DNA of 64,000 nucleotides from Pseudomonadota bacterium (GCA_027487795.1 JAIYCX010000031.1:215291-279290); one strand, 5' to 3'. Counted from the first letter of the stretch, positions 10,275 to 20,186 are shown. Translations and numbers: made by a program. Notes: generated by a model from the sequence alone, not told the origin.

Positions 10275-11366
10275 ATGAGCCTTAACTGTGGAATCGTAGG
10301 ACTACCTAACGTCGGTAAATCAACTATATTTAACGCTATGACCTCTGCCGGAGCAGAAGCAGCTAACTATCCTTTTTGCACTATAGAACCAAATACTGGG
10401 GTAGTATTTGTCCCTGATGAAAGAATTAATATCCTTGGTAAAATTAACAAATCAGAAAAAGTAATCCCTACCGCAATTGAATTTGTCGATATTGCGGGAC
10501 TTGTTAAGGGTGCTGCAACGGGGGAAGGTCTTGGAAATCAGTTCTTAAGTCATATTAGAAATGTTGATGCCATAATCCATGTTGTTAGATGCTTTGAGGA
10601 CTCGAATGTTACCCATGTTGAAGGTTCCGTGGATCCAGTTAGAGATGTTGCATTAATCGAAACAGAATTAATGCTATCTGACCTAGCAAGCGTTGATAAA
10701 AGATTAGACAAAGCTAGGAAAGCTGCAAAATCTGGAACCAAAGAGATGCAAGAAGAACTACAAGGTTTAGAAATTGCCAAAAAATATCTAGATGAAGGTA
10801 TTATGCTCACAGAGTTAACAAACGAAGATGAGAAAAAACTAGTTTCAAAGCTCGCTTTAATAACTGCAAAGCCTGTTGTTTTCGTTGCTAACATCGGTGA
10901 AAACGAGCTTGGTAACCCTAATCAACATGCAAAAGCTTTAGAATCTCTTGCAACCTCAAGAGGGAATGCTTTTGTCTACCTATCTGGACAAGTAGAATCA
11001 GAAATTTCTGTGCTTGGTGAAGAAGAAAAAAAAGAATTTATGGATGCTCTAGACATTAAAGAATCTGGTCTAGAAACTCTAGCTAGAGCTAGTTATCAGG
11101 CGTTAAATCTAATAACTTTCTTCACTTCTGGCCCAAAAGAAACTAGAGCTTGGACTATTTCAAAAGGTGATAATGCAGTCGATGCGGCTGGTCAAATTCA
11201 TACTGATTTTGCAAAAGGCTTCATAAGAGCAGAAGTAATAGGATATAATGATTTTATAACTTGCGGCGGTGAATTGAAATCTAAAGAGCAAGGAAAACTA
11301 AGATCTGAAGGCAAAACTTACCTAATGACAGACGGCGACGTAGTTCATTTTAGATTTAACGTATAA
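10275..11366 (+). CDS. ychF: Ribosome-binding ATPase YchF
   Basis: 'CGIVGLPNVGKSTIFNA' P-loop, 363 aa, and a TGS-like C-terminus 'GKTYLMTDGDVVHFRFNV'. Confidence 0.9.
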   Translation: MSLNCGIVGLPNVGKSTIFNAMTSAGAEAANYPFCTIEPNTGVVFVPDERINILGKINKSEKVIPTAIEFVDIAGLVKGAATGEGLGNQFLSHIRNVDAIIHVVRCFEDSNVTHVEGSVDPVRDVALIETELMLSDLASVDKRLDKARKAAKSGTKEMQEELQGLEIAKKYLDEGIMLTELTNEDEKKLVSKLALITAKPVVFVANIGENELGNPNQHAKALESLATSRGNAFVYLSGQVESEISVLGEEEKKEFMDALDIKESGLETLARASYQALNLITFFTSGPKETRAWTISKGDNAVDAAGQIHTDFAKGFIRAEVIGYNDFITCGGELKSKEQGKLRSEGKTYLMTDGDVVHFRFNV

Positions 11367-11519
11367 CAGTTAACTAAACTTTAACATCGCTGAAAAACCT
11401 ATTATCTTTAGCAAGTTACGATTGCTAATTATGTGAACGATCCTTGCACTAAGTATCACTTACGACATTATAATAGGTCAAAATTCTAGATCAATTTCTT
11501 AAATATCAATCGCAAAGAT

Positions 11520-11554
11520 ATCGAACATCACTAACCAAAAAGTTGATGTTCGAT
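11520..11554. promoter_or_regulatory. Perfect 11-bp inverted repeat (atcgaacatca / tgatgttcgat) with a 13-nt spacer, in the 515-bp leader upstream of the histone-like gene
   Basis: Read directly from the sequence. It is not followed by a T-run on either strand, so an operator or RNA hairpin is more likely than a terminator. Confidence 0.3.
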
Positions 11555-11881
11555 CACAACTAGAAAAACAAATTTACTTCTTTTTTACTTTCAAAGTAAA
11601 AATTATTGGATCTTTTATCTTTGAGAATCATCAAAGCTATGGTGTGCAACTTTTGATTTTTTTTAAATTAATTGTTACATACAAAAAAAAACTCTTGGGA
11701 ACTTCCTCTAGATGTGATAGTTCTCATTAGTATCTACTTATGTTGTATCAAGTGGAAGAGTTAGTTCAGCGATGATTAGCTTTGCGAATCATCCAAAAGT
11801 GCTCAGTTTAGTAGTAAAAACGGTACTTCGGAAGAGCTGAGTTGATTAATCGAAGTTAAACTGAAATTAGGGAAATTTAAT

Positions 11882-12193
11882 ATGGCGACTACAAAAAAGG
11901 CAGCTCCTAAAAAGGCAGCTCCAAAAAAGACTGTTGTTAAGAAGACAGCAGTAAAGAAGGCAGCTCCTAAGAAGGCTGTTGTTAAGAAAGCGGCTCCTAA
12001 GAAGGCTGCTGTTAAGAAGGTAACTGCTAAGAAGGCTCCAGCTAAGAAGGCAGTTGCAAAGAAGGCAGCTCCTAAAAAGGCAACTGCTAAGAAAGCTCCT
12101 GCTAGAAAGGCAGCTGCTGTAAGAAAGAAGCCAGCTAGACCAGCAGCAAGAAAGGCTAAGCCAGCTGCTAAGAAAGCGGTAAAGAGAGCTTAA
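11882..12193 (+). CDS. Histone H1-like nucleoid protein (Hc1/HctA-like), lysine/alanine-rich with AAPKKA-type repeats
   Basis: 103 aa, composed almost entirely of K/A/P/V repeats ('[17 protein letters not shown]...'). RBS-like 'agggaaa' lies upstream. A strong terminator follows. Confidence 0.75.
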   Translation: MATTKKAAPKKAAPKKTVVKKTAVKKAAPKKAVVKKAAPKKAAVKKVTAKKAPAKKAVAKKAAPKKATAKKAPARKAAAVRKKPARPAARKAKPAAKKAVKRA

Positions 12194-12225
12194 TTATATC
12201 TAATTAAGCACGGGGTGGATTTATT

Positions 12226-12250
12226 CTCCCCCGAGAAAGCCACCGAAAGG
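12226..12250 (+). terminator. Rho-independent terminator after the histone-like gene
   Basis: 'aaagccacc gaaa ggtggcttt' is a 9-bp GC-rich stem, followed by a T-run. Confidence 0.7.
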
Positions 12251-12307
12251 TGGCTTTTTTGTTTTTAATTCTAAAACTTAGCAAATAATCTTTCTTGAAA
12301 AAACATC

Positions 12308-13279
12308 TTGAAAAAATCTACGCTAAAAATTGATTTACAATCAATACAAACAGATAAAAGAGTACTTGGTAGAGCATTATCATTAATTGAGAATGAAGAT
12401 GCAGCAGCTTCACCTTGGTACGAAAGCCTATATAAATCGACAGGTAAAGCACGAATTTGGGGCTTTACTGGAGCACCAGGTGCTGGGAAATCTTCATTGA
12501 TTAATGTTTTAATTAAAGAAATCAGAAATAACTTAAACCTATCCGTAGCAATTCTGGCTATAGATCCTTCCAGTCCCTATACCGGTGGTGCCATCCTAGG
12601 CGATAGAACACGAATGTACGAATCGGGTAATGATGAAAAAGTATTTATTAGATCAAGTGCGAGTAGAGGTAAGTTAGGAGGACTCAGTTCCAAAACTCCC
12701 GAAATGATTCACGTACTAGATGCCGCAGGATTTGATATAATAATAGTAGAGACTGTTGGTGTAGGTCAAGGCGAATTAGATATCATGAGAATTGCCGACG
12801 TAATTACAGTAGTACTCTCACCGCATAATGGCGACTCTCTCCAAACTCTAAAAGCAGGAATAATAGAAGTCGCAGATATTTTTGCACTAAACAAATCAGA
12901 TTTATCTGGAATTAATAATCTAGAAAAAGATTTAAAATTTGGTCTTTCCCTAGGATCATCACTGATATCTGAAAATCCTGAAATAATAAAAACTTCCACC
13001 GTCTCAACTGAGGGAGTGGCTGACCTTCTAAGCAAACTAAATAAAAAATCTGAACAACTATCAAGCAACGGAGAGCAAGTACGAAGAAGGCATGCTGCAC
13101 TTTCTTTTGAATTCGATTATTTAGCAAGAGACATGACCTATCAAATACTTGAAGACCTGCAAGATCTTAAAGACTTGAAAAAAAACTTAAATCAAAAGAT
13201 TAAACTAAGAGAAGTAAGCCCTAGAGAAGCATCCTCTGAGCTACTTACCGCTTTCAAGTCTAAACTTAAATTGATCTAA
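12308..13279 (+). CDS. meaB: MeaB/ArgK-family G-protein (metallochaperone GTPase of B12-dependent mutases)
   Basis: 'WGFTGAPGAGKSSLIN' P-loop and 'ALNKSD' NKxD motif. ~323 aa matches the MeaB/ArgK layout. Confidence 0.7.
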   Translation: MKKSTLKIDLQSIQTDKRVLGRALSLIENEDAAASPWYESLYKSTGKARIWGFTGAPGAGKSSLINVLIKEIRNNLNLSVAILAIDPSSPYTGGAILGDRTRMYESGNDEKVFIRSSASRGKLGGLSSKTPEMIHVLDAAGFDIIIVETVGVGQGELDIMRIADVITVVLSPHNGDSLQTLKAGIIEVADIFALNKSDLSGINNLEKDLKFGLSLGSSLISENPEIIKTSTVSTEGVADLLSKLNKKSEQLSSNGEQVRRRHAALSFEFDYLARDMTYQILEDLQDLKDLKKNLNQKIKLREVSPREASSELLTAFKSKLKLI

Positions 13280-13915
13280 AGATAAGCTACTATCTTTTTC
13301 AATATTATTATAAATAAATTCTGTGCTTTTATTGAAGAATTCAGGATTTACGTTTTTTGTATGTTTAAAAAAAATCTGCCTCCTTGGATTAGAACCATTT
13401 AAATCTTGATCAGATAGAGATATTGCTCCTTGTATAGCTGGAATACCAAACCACTTCAATATTGGAGTATTGCAAGAATACTCTTCTAAGGAAAAATTTA
13501 AAGAAGTAAATCTAATATCTGGATCAATTAAGAACTGTTCTAAAGGTACATCACTATAAGAATCTACAGACACTCGACATTTTATTTTACTAACAATCCT
13601 AGAATTTTCATACCTATCAAAAATAGTATTAAAAAAATAACTAATAGGTTTATCGTCTGTAAGAAAACCTTCTATTTTTAAAATTGTAGACTCTTTCTTA
13701 TCCTCTTCTCCCCCAACCTCAAAAATTCCACCTCTGAAGTCAAAGATTTCTTTCTCTGAAATATGAGAAAGAAAATCAAAAAGTTCTAAATTAATTGAAC
13801 TGAATAAATGCCAACAATGGTTTGAACTTAAAGGTTCTAAGAGAGGAAATAAGCTATGATTATAAGAAAAAACACTTTCCCTATAAATCCAGAGTCCTCT
13901 ATTAGAAAATTCCAA
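13241..13915 (-). CDS. Hypothetical protein
   Basis: 224-aa ORF that fills the gap. No motif I recognise. Confidence 0.35.
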   Translation of the reverse strand: MEFSNRGLWIYRESVFSYNHSLFPLLEPLSSNHCWHLFSSINLELFDFLSHISEKEIFDFRGGIFEVGGEEDKKESTILKIEGFLTDDKPISYFFNTIFDRYENSRIVSKIKCRVSVDSYSDVPLEQFLIDPDIRFTSLNFSLEEYSCNTPILKWFGIPAIQGAISLSDQDLNGSNPRRQIFFKHTKNVNPEFFNKSTEFIYNNIEKDSSLSLDQFKFRLESGK

Positions 13916-13926
13916 ATTAAGAATAA

Positions 13927-15888
13927 CTACTTAGGTAAAAGTTCTGATTTTATTTCTGGTTTTACTTTTAGTTTTAATTGTTCAAGTAATATCTTATTTA
14001 ATCTTTCCCCAGCTTTCTTTTTAGACTCTTCTAAAAATTTATACTGTTCGTCTAATAAAACTTTATTATCTGAAGCTGGGGCAATTTTTTCTATTTTTCC
14101 AAGTCCGATAAGATAACTAGATCCATCAATTCCAGATATTACCTTATCAACAAACTTACTGCTTCTAGCTTCTCCAATAACTAAGTTTTTTTCCTGTGGA
14201 TTTTGAATAAAAGGTATAGAAAGAAGTGCGATTTTATCGGCCGCAATTTCTGTAACTTCTAACTTTTTAGCCTTAAAGAAGCTTTTAAAAGTAAGCTCTG
14301 TGTTTGCTAATAATGATTCCTTAAATTCTTTTATTAGCTTCTCCGCAAATAACTTTGTAGTTTCAGTTACTTTTTTCCTTTCCAAAGTTTTTGTAATTTC
14401 AAAAGTTACCTCTTCTAAAGTTTTTGGTCTAACTTCCTGAGCCTCAATAGCATAGACTATAGTCACATCTCCCGCAGATGACTTATCGTACAACCTAAGG
14501 GCCCCAGAAGGTAGTTCGGTAATAAACTCAACCAAGCCCTTATCAGTTATCGATGTAGGTCTAGATTCATTGCTAACCGGCTTATCTACTGCAATTACCT
14601 GAGCATTAATCTTTGCTGCTTCTTCCTTTAATAATTCAGGAATTTTCGACGCAATTTCCGATTCAAGTTTTTTAACTAAAGACTCTGCTGATACCATCGC
14701 ATATTCAGGTGCTAAGCTAGCTTTTATTTCTTCCTCTAAAGAAGCACGAACTGCCGATAATGGCTTTTTAAAAGAATCAGTAGCTTCATTTACTCTAACT
14801 ATTAAAAAATCAGATCCAGATTCTATTACTTCTGAAATAGATCCTTTATTTAGATTCTTAACTGCGCTTTGAATATCATCTGTTAATGAAGTTTCATCTA
14901 CCAAAGCTTCTCCAACTGTTATGATAGCACCTTGATCTTTAAAAACTTTAAGATCGATCATAGGATCCGCTAATAATTTTTCCCTAGCGGCAGTAGAAAG
15001 TGCTTTAATCTCTTCAACATTGTCTTTAGGTTCATTTTTAGTATCAACTAATTTAGCTAGTTCATTTTTAGAAGATGAGAATCTAACCTGATCTACTTTA
15101 AGCTTTCTAGGTACTTCAAATTTCTTTCCAGAATTTTCATAGGCTTGAATTAAATCTGCCTCATCAATAACTACTTTGTCTCTAAATGAATCTGCCTTAA
15201 ATGTTACTATTAAAGGTAGAACAGCTCTAGAAGTAACAAAAATTTCTTTATTTTTTTCATAATATTCAGAGATCTCCGAAGCCGAAACTGCGTCAGTAGA
15301 CTTTTGTTCTGGGATTTTCACATAGTCTATACCAATCTTTTCTTGTAATTTTTCATAACGCTTGCTTAGTTCTACCGGCCCTATCGATCCAGCATTTTCA
15401 AAAATATCGGTTAGTTGTTTTTCCATTAAAGATTCTTTCATCTCTGCCAAGAAAGCGGATTCAGTAATACCTTGATTACTTAAAAAATTCTCAAACTCAA
15501 CTCGAGTAACTCCATTAGAAAAAACTGGTAATCCCCTAACAGCAGCTTCAACCTGAGATTTAGAAGCGGATAGTCCTATTGATTTAAAAAAATCCGTCAG
15601 CAACGTTTTATCAATCATGTCATCAAGAACTCGTTGTTTTAAGTTCAACATAGTTTCAAACTGATCGAACTGAGCACCGAACTGCTTAACAAACATTGAT
15701 CTTACTCTTGCATAATCTTTTAAGTATTCACTCATCCGCACTTCCTTACTACCAATAACTGCAATAGTAGGATCCATAGACTGGCTTCTTAATTGATCAA
15801 GACCGAAAGGCACCATCATCAAACCACACATACTAACAATAAAGAGGCCCACAATTCCTCTTCGGTTTCTTCTAAAGAATTCAATCAT
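13927..15888 (-). CDS. PpiD/SurA-like periplasmic folding chaperone (N-terminal membrane anchor)
   Basis: N-terminal TM 'GIVGLFIVSMCGLMMVPFG', followed by a long lysine/glutamate-rich periplasmic region. The layout resembles PpiD (~620-650 aa). Confidence 0.5.
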   Translation of the reverse strand: MIEFFRRNRRGIVGLFIVSMCGLMMVPFGLDQLRSQSMDPTIAVIGSKEVRMSEYLKDYARVRSMFVKQFGAQFDQFETMLNLKQRVLDDMIDKTLLTDFFKSIGLSASKSQVEAAVRGLPVFSNGVTRVEFENFLSNQGITESAFLAEMKESLMEKQLTDIFENAGSIGPVELSKRYEKLQEKIGIDYVKIPEQKSTDAVSASEISEYYEKNKEIFVTSRAVLPLIVTFKADSFRDKVVIDEADLIQAYENSGKKFEVPRKLKVDQVRFSSSKNELAKLVDTKNEPKDNVEEIKALSTAAREKLLADPMIDLKVFKDQGAIITVGEALVDETSLTDDIQSAVKNLNKGSISEVIESGSDFLIVRVNEATDSFKKPLSAVRASLEEEIKASLAPEYAMVSAESLVKKLESEIASKIPELLKEEAAKINAQVIAVDKPVSNESRPTSITDKGLVEFITELPSGALRLYDKSSAGDVTIVYAIEAQEVRPKTLEEVTFEITKTLERKKVTETTKLFAEKLIKEFKESLLANTELTFKSFFKAKKLEVTEIAADKIALLSIPFIQNPQEKNLVIGEARSSKFVDKVISGIDGSSYLIGLGKIEKIAPASDNKVLLDEQYKFLEESKKKAGERLNKILLEQLKLKVKPEIKSELLPK

Positions 15889-15970
15889 AGAAATACTTAA
15901 TTTTGTAACTAAATAGATATTTTTTAATTACTTATATATAGCTATTAATTAAAAATTCTAAAATAGACAT

Positions 15971-16255
15971 ATGGCAAAATTAGATAAAATCGATGACGAA
16001 TTTTACCCTGTGTATCTTCAAATACCAGCAGAAAAAATTGTAGAACTTAAATTTCTACTAGAATCATATGAAGGGATCGGAGAACTTAGAACTTTAGATA
16101 ATGATATAGCCTTAGTTGTCATTCTAGGACTAAAAGATACAGCCGCTCAAATTAGAAAAATTATAGAAAGTGAGAAAGAAAACCTTAAATGCCTTGAAGT
16201 TGGCCAGCCAGATTGCATCAGCTCTGACTGGTTAATAACGACTAGTAACGATTAA
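15971..16255 (+). CDS. Small hypothetical protein (94 aa)
   Basis: ORF in an otherwise empty gap, with a plausible ATG start. Confidence 0.35.
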   Translation: MAKLDKIDDEFYPVYLQIPAEKIVELKFLLESYEGIGELRTLDNDIALVVILGLKDTAAQIRKIIESEKENLKCLEVGQPDCISSDWLITTSND

Positions 16256-17679
16256 CTAGACTTACCAAACCACCCTTTTCTTAAATCAAGTAGGCGTTCA
16301 TAAGCTTTGTGGATTTTTTCAAACTTTTCCCTCTCGTCCGTATCTGAAGTATCAGGATGGTACTGCTTAACTAAAGCTCTGTATGCTTTTTTAATGTCTG
16401 CGTCTGTCGCATTATCATCTAATTCAAACAAAGATAATAATGATGAGTACTCATCATCAGACTCAACAATCTTTGCATAACCACGATTTGTTTTTTTCTT
16501 AAACGAGACTTTTTCAGTAACGCTCTCCATATAGGAGCCAATATCAAGATCTGGGCCTATAAAGTAAAATAGTAAGCCTGCTAATGAAACTAAAAGTATT
16601 ACAAACAAACTAGAAACTAAATATATCCAAAAGAACAATCGTCCCTGAAAAAAAAGACTTATCCTAGAAGAAATATCCAAAGTACCTAAAACTTCCTTTG
16701 TAATAAAAGGATTAGATATTTCTATTAAACTAGGATCATCGATAGAATACTGAACTAGCTTGCTTTTTAGTTCTAAAGATGAAGAATAATTCTTAGGATC
16801 AGAATCTAGGATATTGATAATTATCGCTAACTCCTCCCCTCTTTTTTCTTGTACTAATTTTTTACCCGCATTTAAAAATTGGGCGTCAGAACTTGAAAGA
16901 CAAGATTTTAAATCACTAGGCAAGGAATTTAAAAATTTAGAAATCCAGCCTACCTCCTCATTACTTAATTTCTTATATTTAAAGTTAGATTTTGAAAAAT
17001 CTAAATAACAATTAGCTGGAGCTCCAAATTCTTTATTTATAGAAAAAAGTAATGTTGTCCAAAAATTCCAATTATTTGCGATTAGTCCTGAGTCAAATCT
17101 ATTTCTAAGTTGGAAGACGGGCTTTTCAAAATAATTATTGATTGCAATAAATTCATTATTTAATATTTGAAGTTTCGATATCTCACCCTCTTCTTCTGAT
17201 AATTTTAAAATTACTTCTTCAATTTTAATCAAACTATCAATATTTTGATTAAACTTACTAGTAGGCAGAAAAAGTGCCTTACCTAGTTTTTTATAATGAT
17301 TTAGACTTTCTAATGTTATACCACCAACTTCACTGTTTATTTTTGCTTTTAAATAACTCTCGATACTAGGTAATAGATCTGCCTTAGTAAGATTTGAATA
17401 AATCGCAGGTGTTATTTTAGTAGGATCTTCTAATACTATTTCTATAAACCGCTCGGAAAACTCTTCTTTAGTGAAAGTAGAATTATCTAAAGAAGAAAAA
17501 ACTTCTTCTATTGAATACTGTTGTGCAGAAACAGAAAGAGGAGAAATTACACAGAAAAAAACTGGCAGTAGCGCAAATAATAAGGATAGACGTGTAGGTC
17601 TATAAAATAAAATATTGAATATTTTATTAGTCTTCAATGATTCCAAAAAAAGGAAATTCCAATATTTTCTCATCTTCAA
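16252..17679 (-). CDS. Membrane-anchored J-domain (DnaJ-like) protein: signal peptide, ~330-aa extracytoplasmic region, one TM helix, C-terminal cytoplasmic J-domain
   Basis: C-terminal 'DIKKAYRALVKQYHPDTSD...FEKIHKAYERL' carries the HPD tripeptide. TM 'LFFWIYLVSSLFVILLVSLAGLLFYFIG'. N-terminal signal peptide. The annotated start overlaps the upstream gene by ~50 bp, so the true start may be internal. Confidence 0.6.
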   Translation of the reverse strand: MKMRKYWNFLFLESLKTNKIFNILFYRPTRLSLLFALLPVFFCVISPLSVSAQQYSIEEVFSSLDNSTFTKEEFSERFIEIVLEDPTKITPAIYSNLTKADLLPSIESYLKAKINSEVGGITLESLNHYKKLGKALFLPTSKFNQNIDSLIKIEEVILKLSEEEGEISKLQILNNEFIAINNYFEKPVFQLRNRFDSGLIANNWNFWTTLLFSINKEFGAPANCYLDFSKSNFKYKKLSNEEVGWISKFLNSLPSDLKSCLSSSDAQFLNAGKKLVQEKRGEELAIIINILDSDPKNYSSSLELKSKLVQYSIDDPSLIEISNPFITKEVLGTLDISSRISLFFQGRLFFWIYLVSSLFVILLVSLAGLLFYFIGPDLDIGSYMESVTEKVSFKKKTNRGYAKIVESDDEYSSLLSLFELDDNATDADIKKAYRALVKQYHPDTSDTDEREKFEKIHKAYERLLDLRKGWFGKSS

Positions 17680-18652
17680 TTAAACTAGAGGTATTTGCAC
17701 TAACTACACCTCTAATCACACCTCTTGTTCTTGGATCAAGTGATATTTCAATAAGCTGGCCAATATAGTCTTGTTTTAAGGCTACAGTCACTGATTTTAA
17801 ACTTGTCGATACCTCATTCACCACTATTTTATTGGCAGTACTTAGGTTTTGAACTCTAATCAATTTCGTAAACATTGTATTTGCAGAATTTTTTTGACTC
17901 AGGGAACCAAAATTGACTGATTTTGGAGTAAAACTAAGGTCACCAAATGCAAAAAAAGTTATTTGATAATTAATAGTTTCCTGCTTAGGCATATTGGTTT
18001 TAATTACTATTCTACCTCGATTCTTACCAAGAGGTAAGATTTTAGTTGAGGTAATATTTACAGTATAATGTGTATCTGAAACCTTATTAAATTGAGCTTT
18101 TAAATAATCAGATTTAGTCAAAACTTCTTGAATAATAAAAGGTGAGCTTCTACTTATTAATTCAATCTTTTGCGAAATAGGAATACGTCTACTTATCTCT
18201 CCCAAGTCAACCCTTCCAGGAGTTATCTGAATATCAGGTAAAATATTAGCTTTTACATAAAAAATTATCGATGAAGGCTTAGGATCATTAGTATAAATCC
18301 TTATTGGTTTATTTTTAACCCCTTCGAATGCTTCAGTTTCAAAAGTTACTCTTAGTTGAGTTTCCTCTCCTGGTTTTACGATAGGATTATTAACTACAGC
18401 AGCTGTACATCCACAGGCAGGACTAACTTGTTTTATAATTAATGGCTGTGTACCAATATTCGCAATTATAAATTCATGGGTAAGAACATCTCCCTTAGAG
18501 ACGGCTCCAAAGTCTTTTATTGTTTCTGTTACTGATATCTTAGGACCTGAAATTTTAAGGTCAAGAGATTTAGAATTAGTAGTTTCTGAATCAGCTCCCC
18601 AAGCAACTGTAAAATTAAGTAGGCATAAAAAGATGACAACTTGAAATCTCAT
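17627..18652 (-). CDS. Secreted DUF1573-like protein
   Basis: Signal peptide plus 'FGAVSKGDVLTHEFIIANIGTQPLIIKQVSPACGCT', which matches the DUF1573 'FGxVxxGxxxxHxFxxxNxGxxPLxIxxVxxSCGCT' signature. Confidence 0.6.
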   Translation of the reverse strand: MRFQVVIFLCLLNFTVAWGADSETTNSKSLDLKISGPKISVTETIKDFGAVSKGDVLTHEFIIANIGTQPLIIKQVSPACGCTAAVVNNPIVKPGEETQLRVTFETEAFEGVKNKPIRIYTNDPKPSSIIFYVKANILPDIQITPGRVDLGEISRRIPISQKIELISRSSPFIIQEVLTKSDYLKAQFNKVSDTHYTVNITSTKILPLGKNRGRIVIKTNMPKQETINYQITFFAFGDLSFTPKSVNFGSLSQKNSANTMFTKLIRVQNLSTANKIVVNEVSTSLKSVTVALKQDYIGQLIEISLDPRTRGVIRGVVSANTSSLIEDEKILEFPFFGIIED

Positions 18653-18673
18653 TTATATATACCTTACTTTAAA

Positions 18674-20173
18674 CTAAGCTGCTTTAGGCAATTGAGTTAG
18701 ATTATTTGCTAAATCTTGCTTACTGAATTCCTCTGCAGATTTTCTCTTTTCTTCTTCAAAAAGATTTTCTACTAACTTAGTACTTACGTGACCTAAAACA
18801 AATTGATCATACTCTAATATCTTCTTTAGCAAAGGCATATTAGTTGTTACACCACCAATTATGCACTCACTAAGAGCTACTCTCATTTTTTTAATTGCCT
18901 CATCACGGTCTCTACCTTTTACGATTATCTTAGCAATTAAAGAATCATAAAAAGGAGGGATTTTATAACGGTCATAAATTGCAGAATCTACCCTAACTCC
19001 TAAACCTCCCGGTGGGTGATATCCTTCGATCATTCCCGGAGAAGGTGCGAAGGTATATGGATCTTCGGCATTTATTCTGACTTCGATAGCATGACCTGTA
19101 AATTTAATATCTTCTTGCTTAAAAGAAAGTTCTCTACCAGCTGCAACCCAGATTTGTTCTTTTACAATATCTGTTGATGTAACGAATTCAGTAACAGGAT
19201 GCTCGACCTGAAGTCGAGTATTCATTTCTATAAAATAAAACTTCTCATCTCTTGGATCAATAAGATATTCTAAGGTTCCGCACGTTGGATAACCGATAGA
19301 TTTTCCTAGCCTAACAGCAGACTCATACATCGCATTTCTTGTTGTCTGTGACAAATTAGGTGCTGGACTTTCTTCTACAATTTTTTGATATCTTCTCTGT
19401 GTAGAGCAGTCTCTTTCTCCAAGATGAACTACATTATGATGTTGATCACCAATAATTTGTACTTCAACGTGACGTGCGTTTGGAATATATTTCTCTACAT
19501 ATAAATTTGGATCATTAAATGCAGCTTCCACCTCACGACTAGCTTGCTCAAATAGTCTTGTAAATTCATCTGCTGAATGAACTATCTTCATTCCACGACC
19601 ACCGCCACCAGCGACTGCTTTAATTAGAACAGGAAAGCCAATTTTTTCTGCCTCTACTAAAGCTTCTTCTGGACTGACTCCAGCTGCAATTGAACCCGGA
19701 ACAACTGGTACTTCATATTTTATAGCAATTTTTCTAGCTACCGCCTTATCTCCCATCAACCTCATATGTCGAGCCTTGGGACCGATAAATGTGATTCCAC
19801 ATTGACCACAAATTTCAGCGAAACTTCCATTCTCACTTAAAAAACCATAACCTGGATGAATGGCCTCTGCACCAGTGGCAACAGCTGCAGAAATTATAGA
19901 AGAAATATTTAAATAAGATTCTGTAGGTGATGGAGGTCCGATACAAACACTTTCATTTGCTAACTTTACGTGAAGAGCATCTGCATCTGCAGTAGAATGA
20001 ACAGCAACTGTCTTAATACCAAGCTCATGACAAGCTCTAATAACTCTAACTGCAATTTCGCCTCTGTTAGCAATTAAAACTTTTTTAAACGGTATTGTTT
20101 TTTGAGCTGCTTCTAATTTTAGCAGTCTGCTACTTTCATGATCTAAAATTTCTAAATCAGTATCAATCATCAT
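18674..20173 (-). CDS. accC: Acetyl-CoA carboxylase biotin carboxylase subunit
   Basis: 'KKVLIANRGEIAVRVIRAC', ATP-grasp motifs, 499 aa. Sits immediately downstream of accB. Confidence 0.9.
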   Translation of the reverse strand: MMIDTDLEILDHESSRLLKLEAAQKTIPFKKVLIANRGEIAVRVIRACHELGIKTVAVHSTADADALHVKLANESVCIGPPSPTESYLNISSIISAAVATGAEAIHPGYGFLSENGSFAEICGQCGITFIGPKARHMRLMGDKAVARKIAIKYEVPVVPGSIAAGVSPEEALVEAEKIGFPVLIKAVAGGGGRGMKIVHSADEFTRLFEQASREVEAAFNDPNLYVEKYIPNARHVEVQIIGDQHHNVVHLGERDCSTQRRYQKIVEESPAPNLSQTTRNAMYESAVRLGKSIGYPTCGTLEYLIDPRDEKFYFIEMNTRLQVEHPVTEFVTSTDIVKEQIWVAAGRELSFKQEDIKFTGHAIEVRINAEDPYTFAPSPGMIEGYHPPGGLGVRVDSAIYDRYKIPPFYDSLIAKIIVKGRDRDEAIKKMRVALSECIIGGVTTNMPLLKKILEYDQFVLGHVSTKLVENLFEEEKRKSAEEFSKQDLANNLTQLPKAA

Positions 20174-20186
20174 TTTAAGAACCTAA

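Noticed and set aside
10550-10894. 114-aa minus-strand ORF inside ychF
   Set aside because: Antisense to ychF. Ser/Thr-rich translation typical of the reverse frame.
11882-12193. Tandem nucleotide repeats (gcagctcctaaaaaggca-like) that could be mistaken for a repeat array
   Set aside because: They are the coding repeats of the AAPKKA histone-like protein, in frame and uninterrupted, with no spacer/repeat alternation. Not CRISPR.
12766-13127. Two overlapping minus-strand ORFs inside meaB
   Set aside because: Antisense to meaB.
13856-14116. 86-aa plus-strand ORF
   Set aside because: Antisense to the 3' end of the PpiD-like gene.
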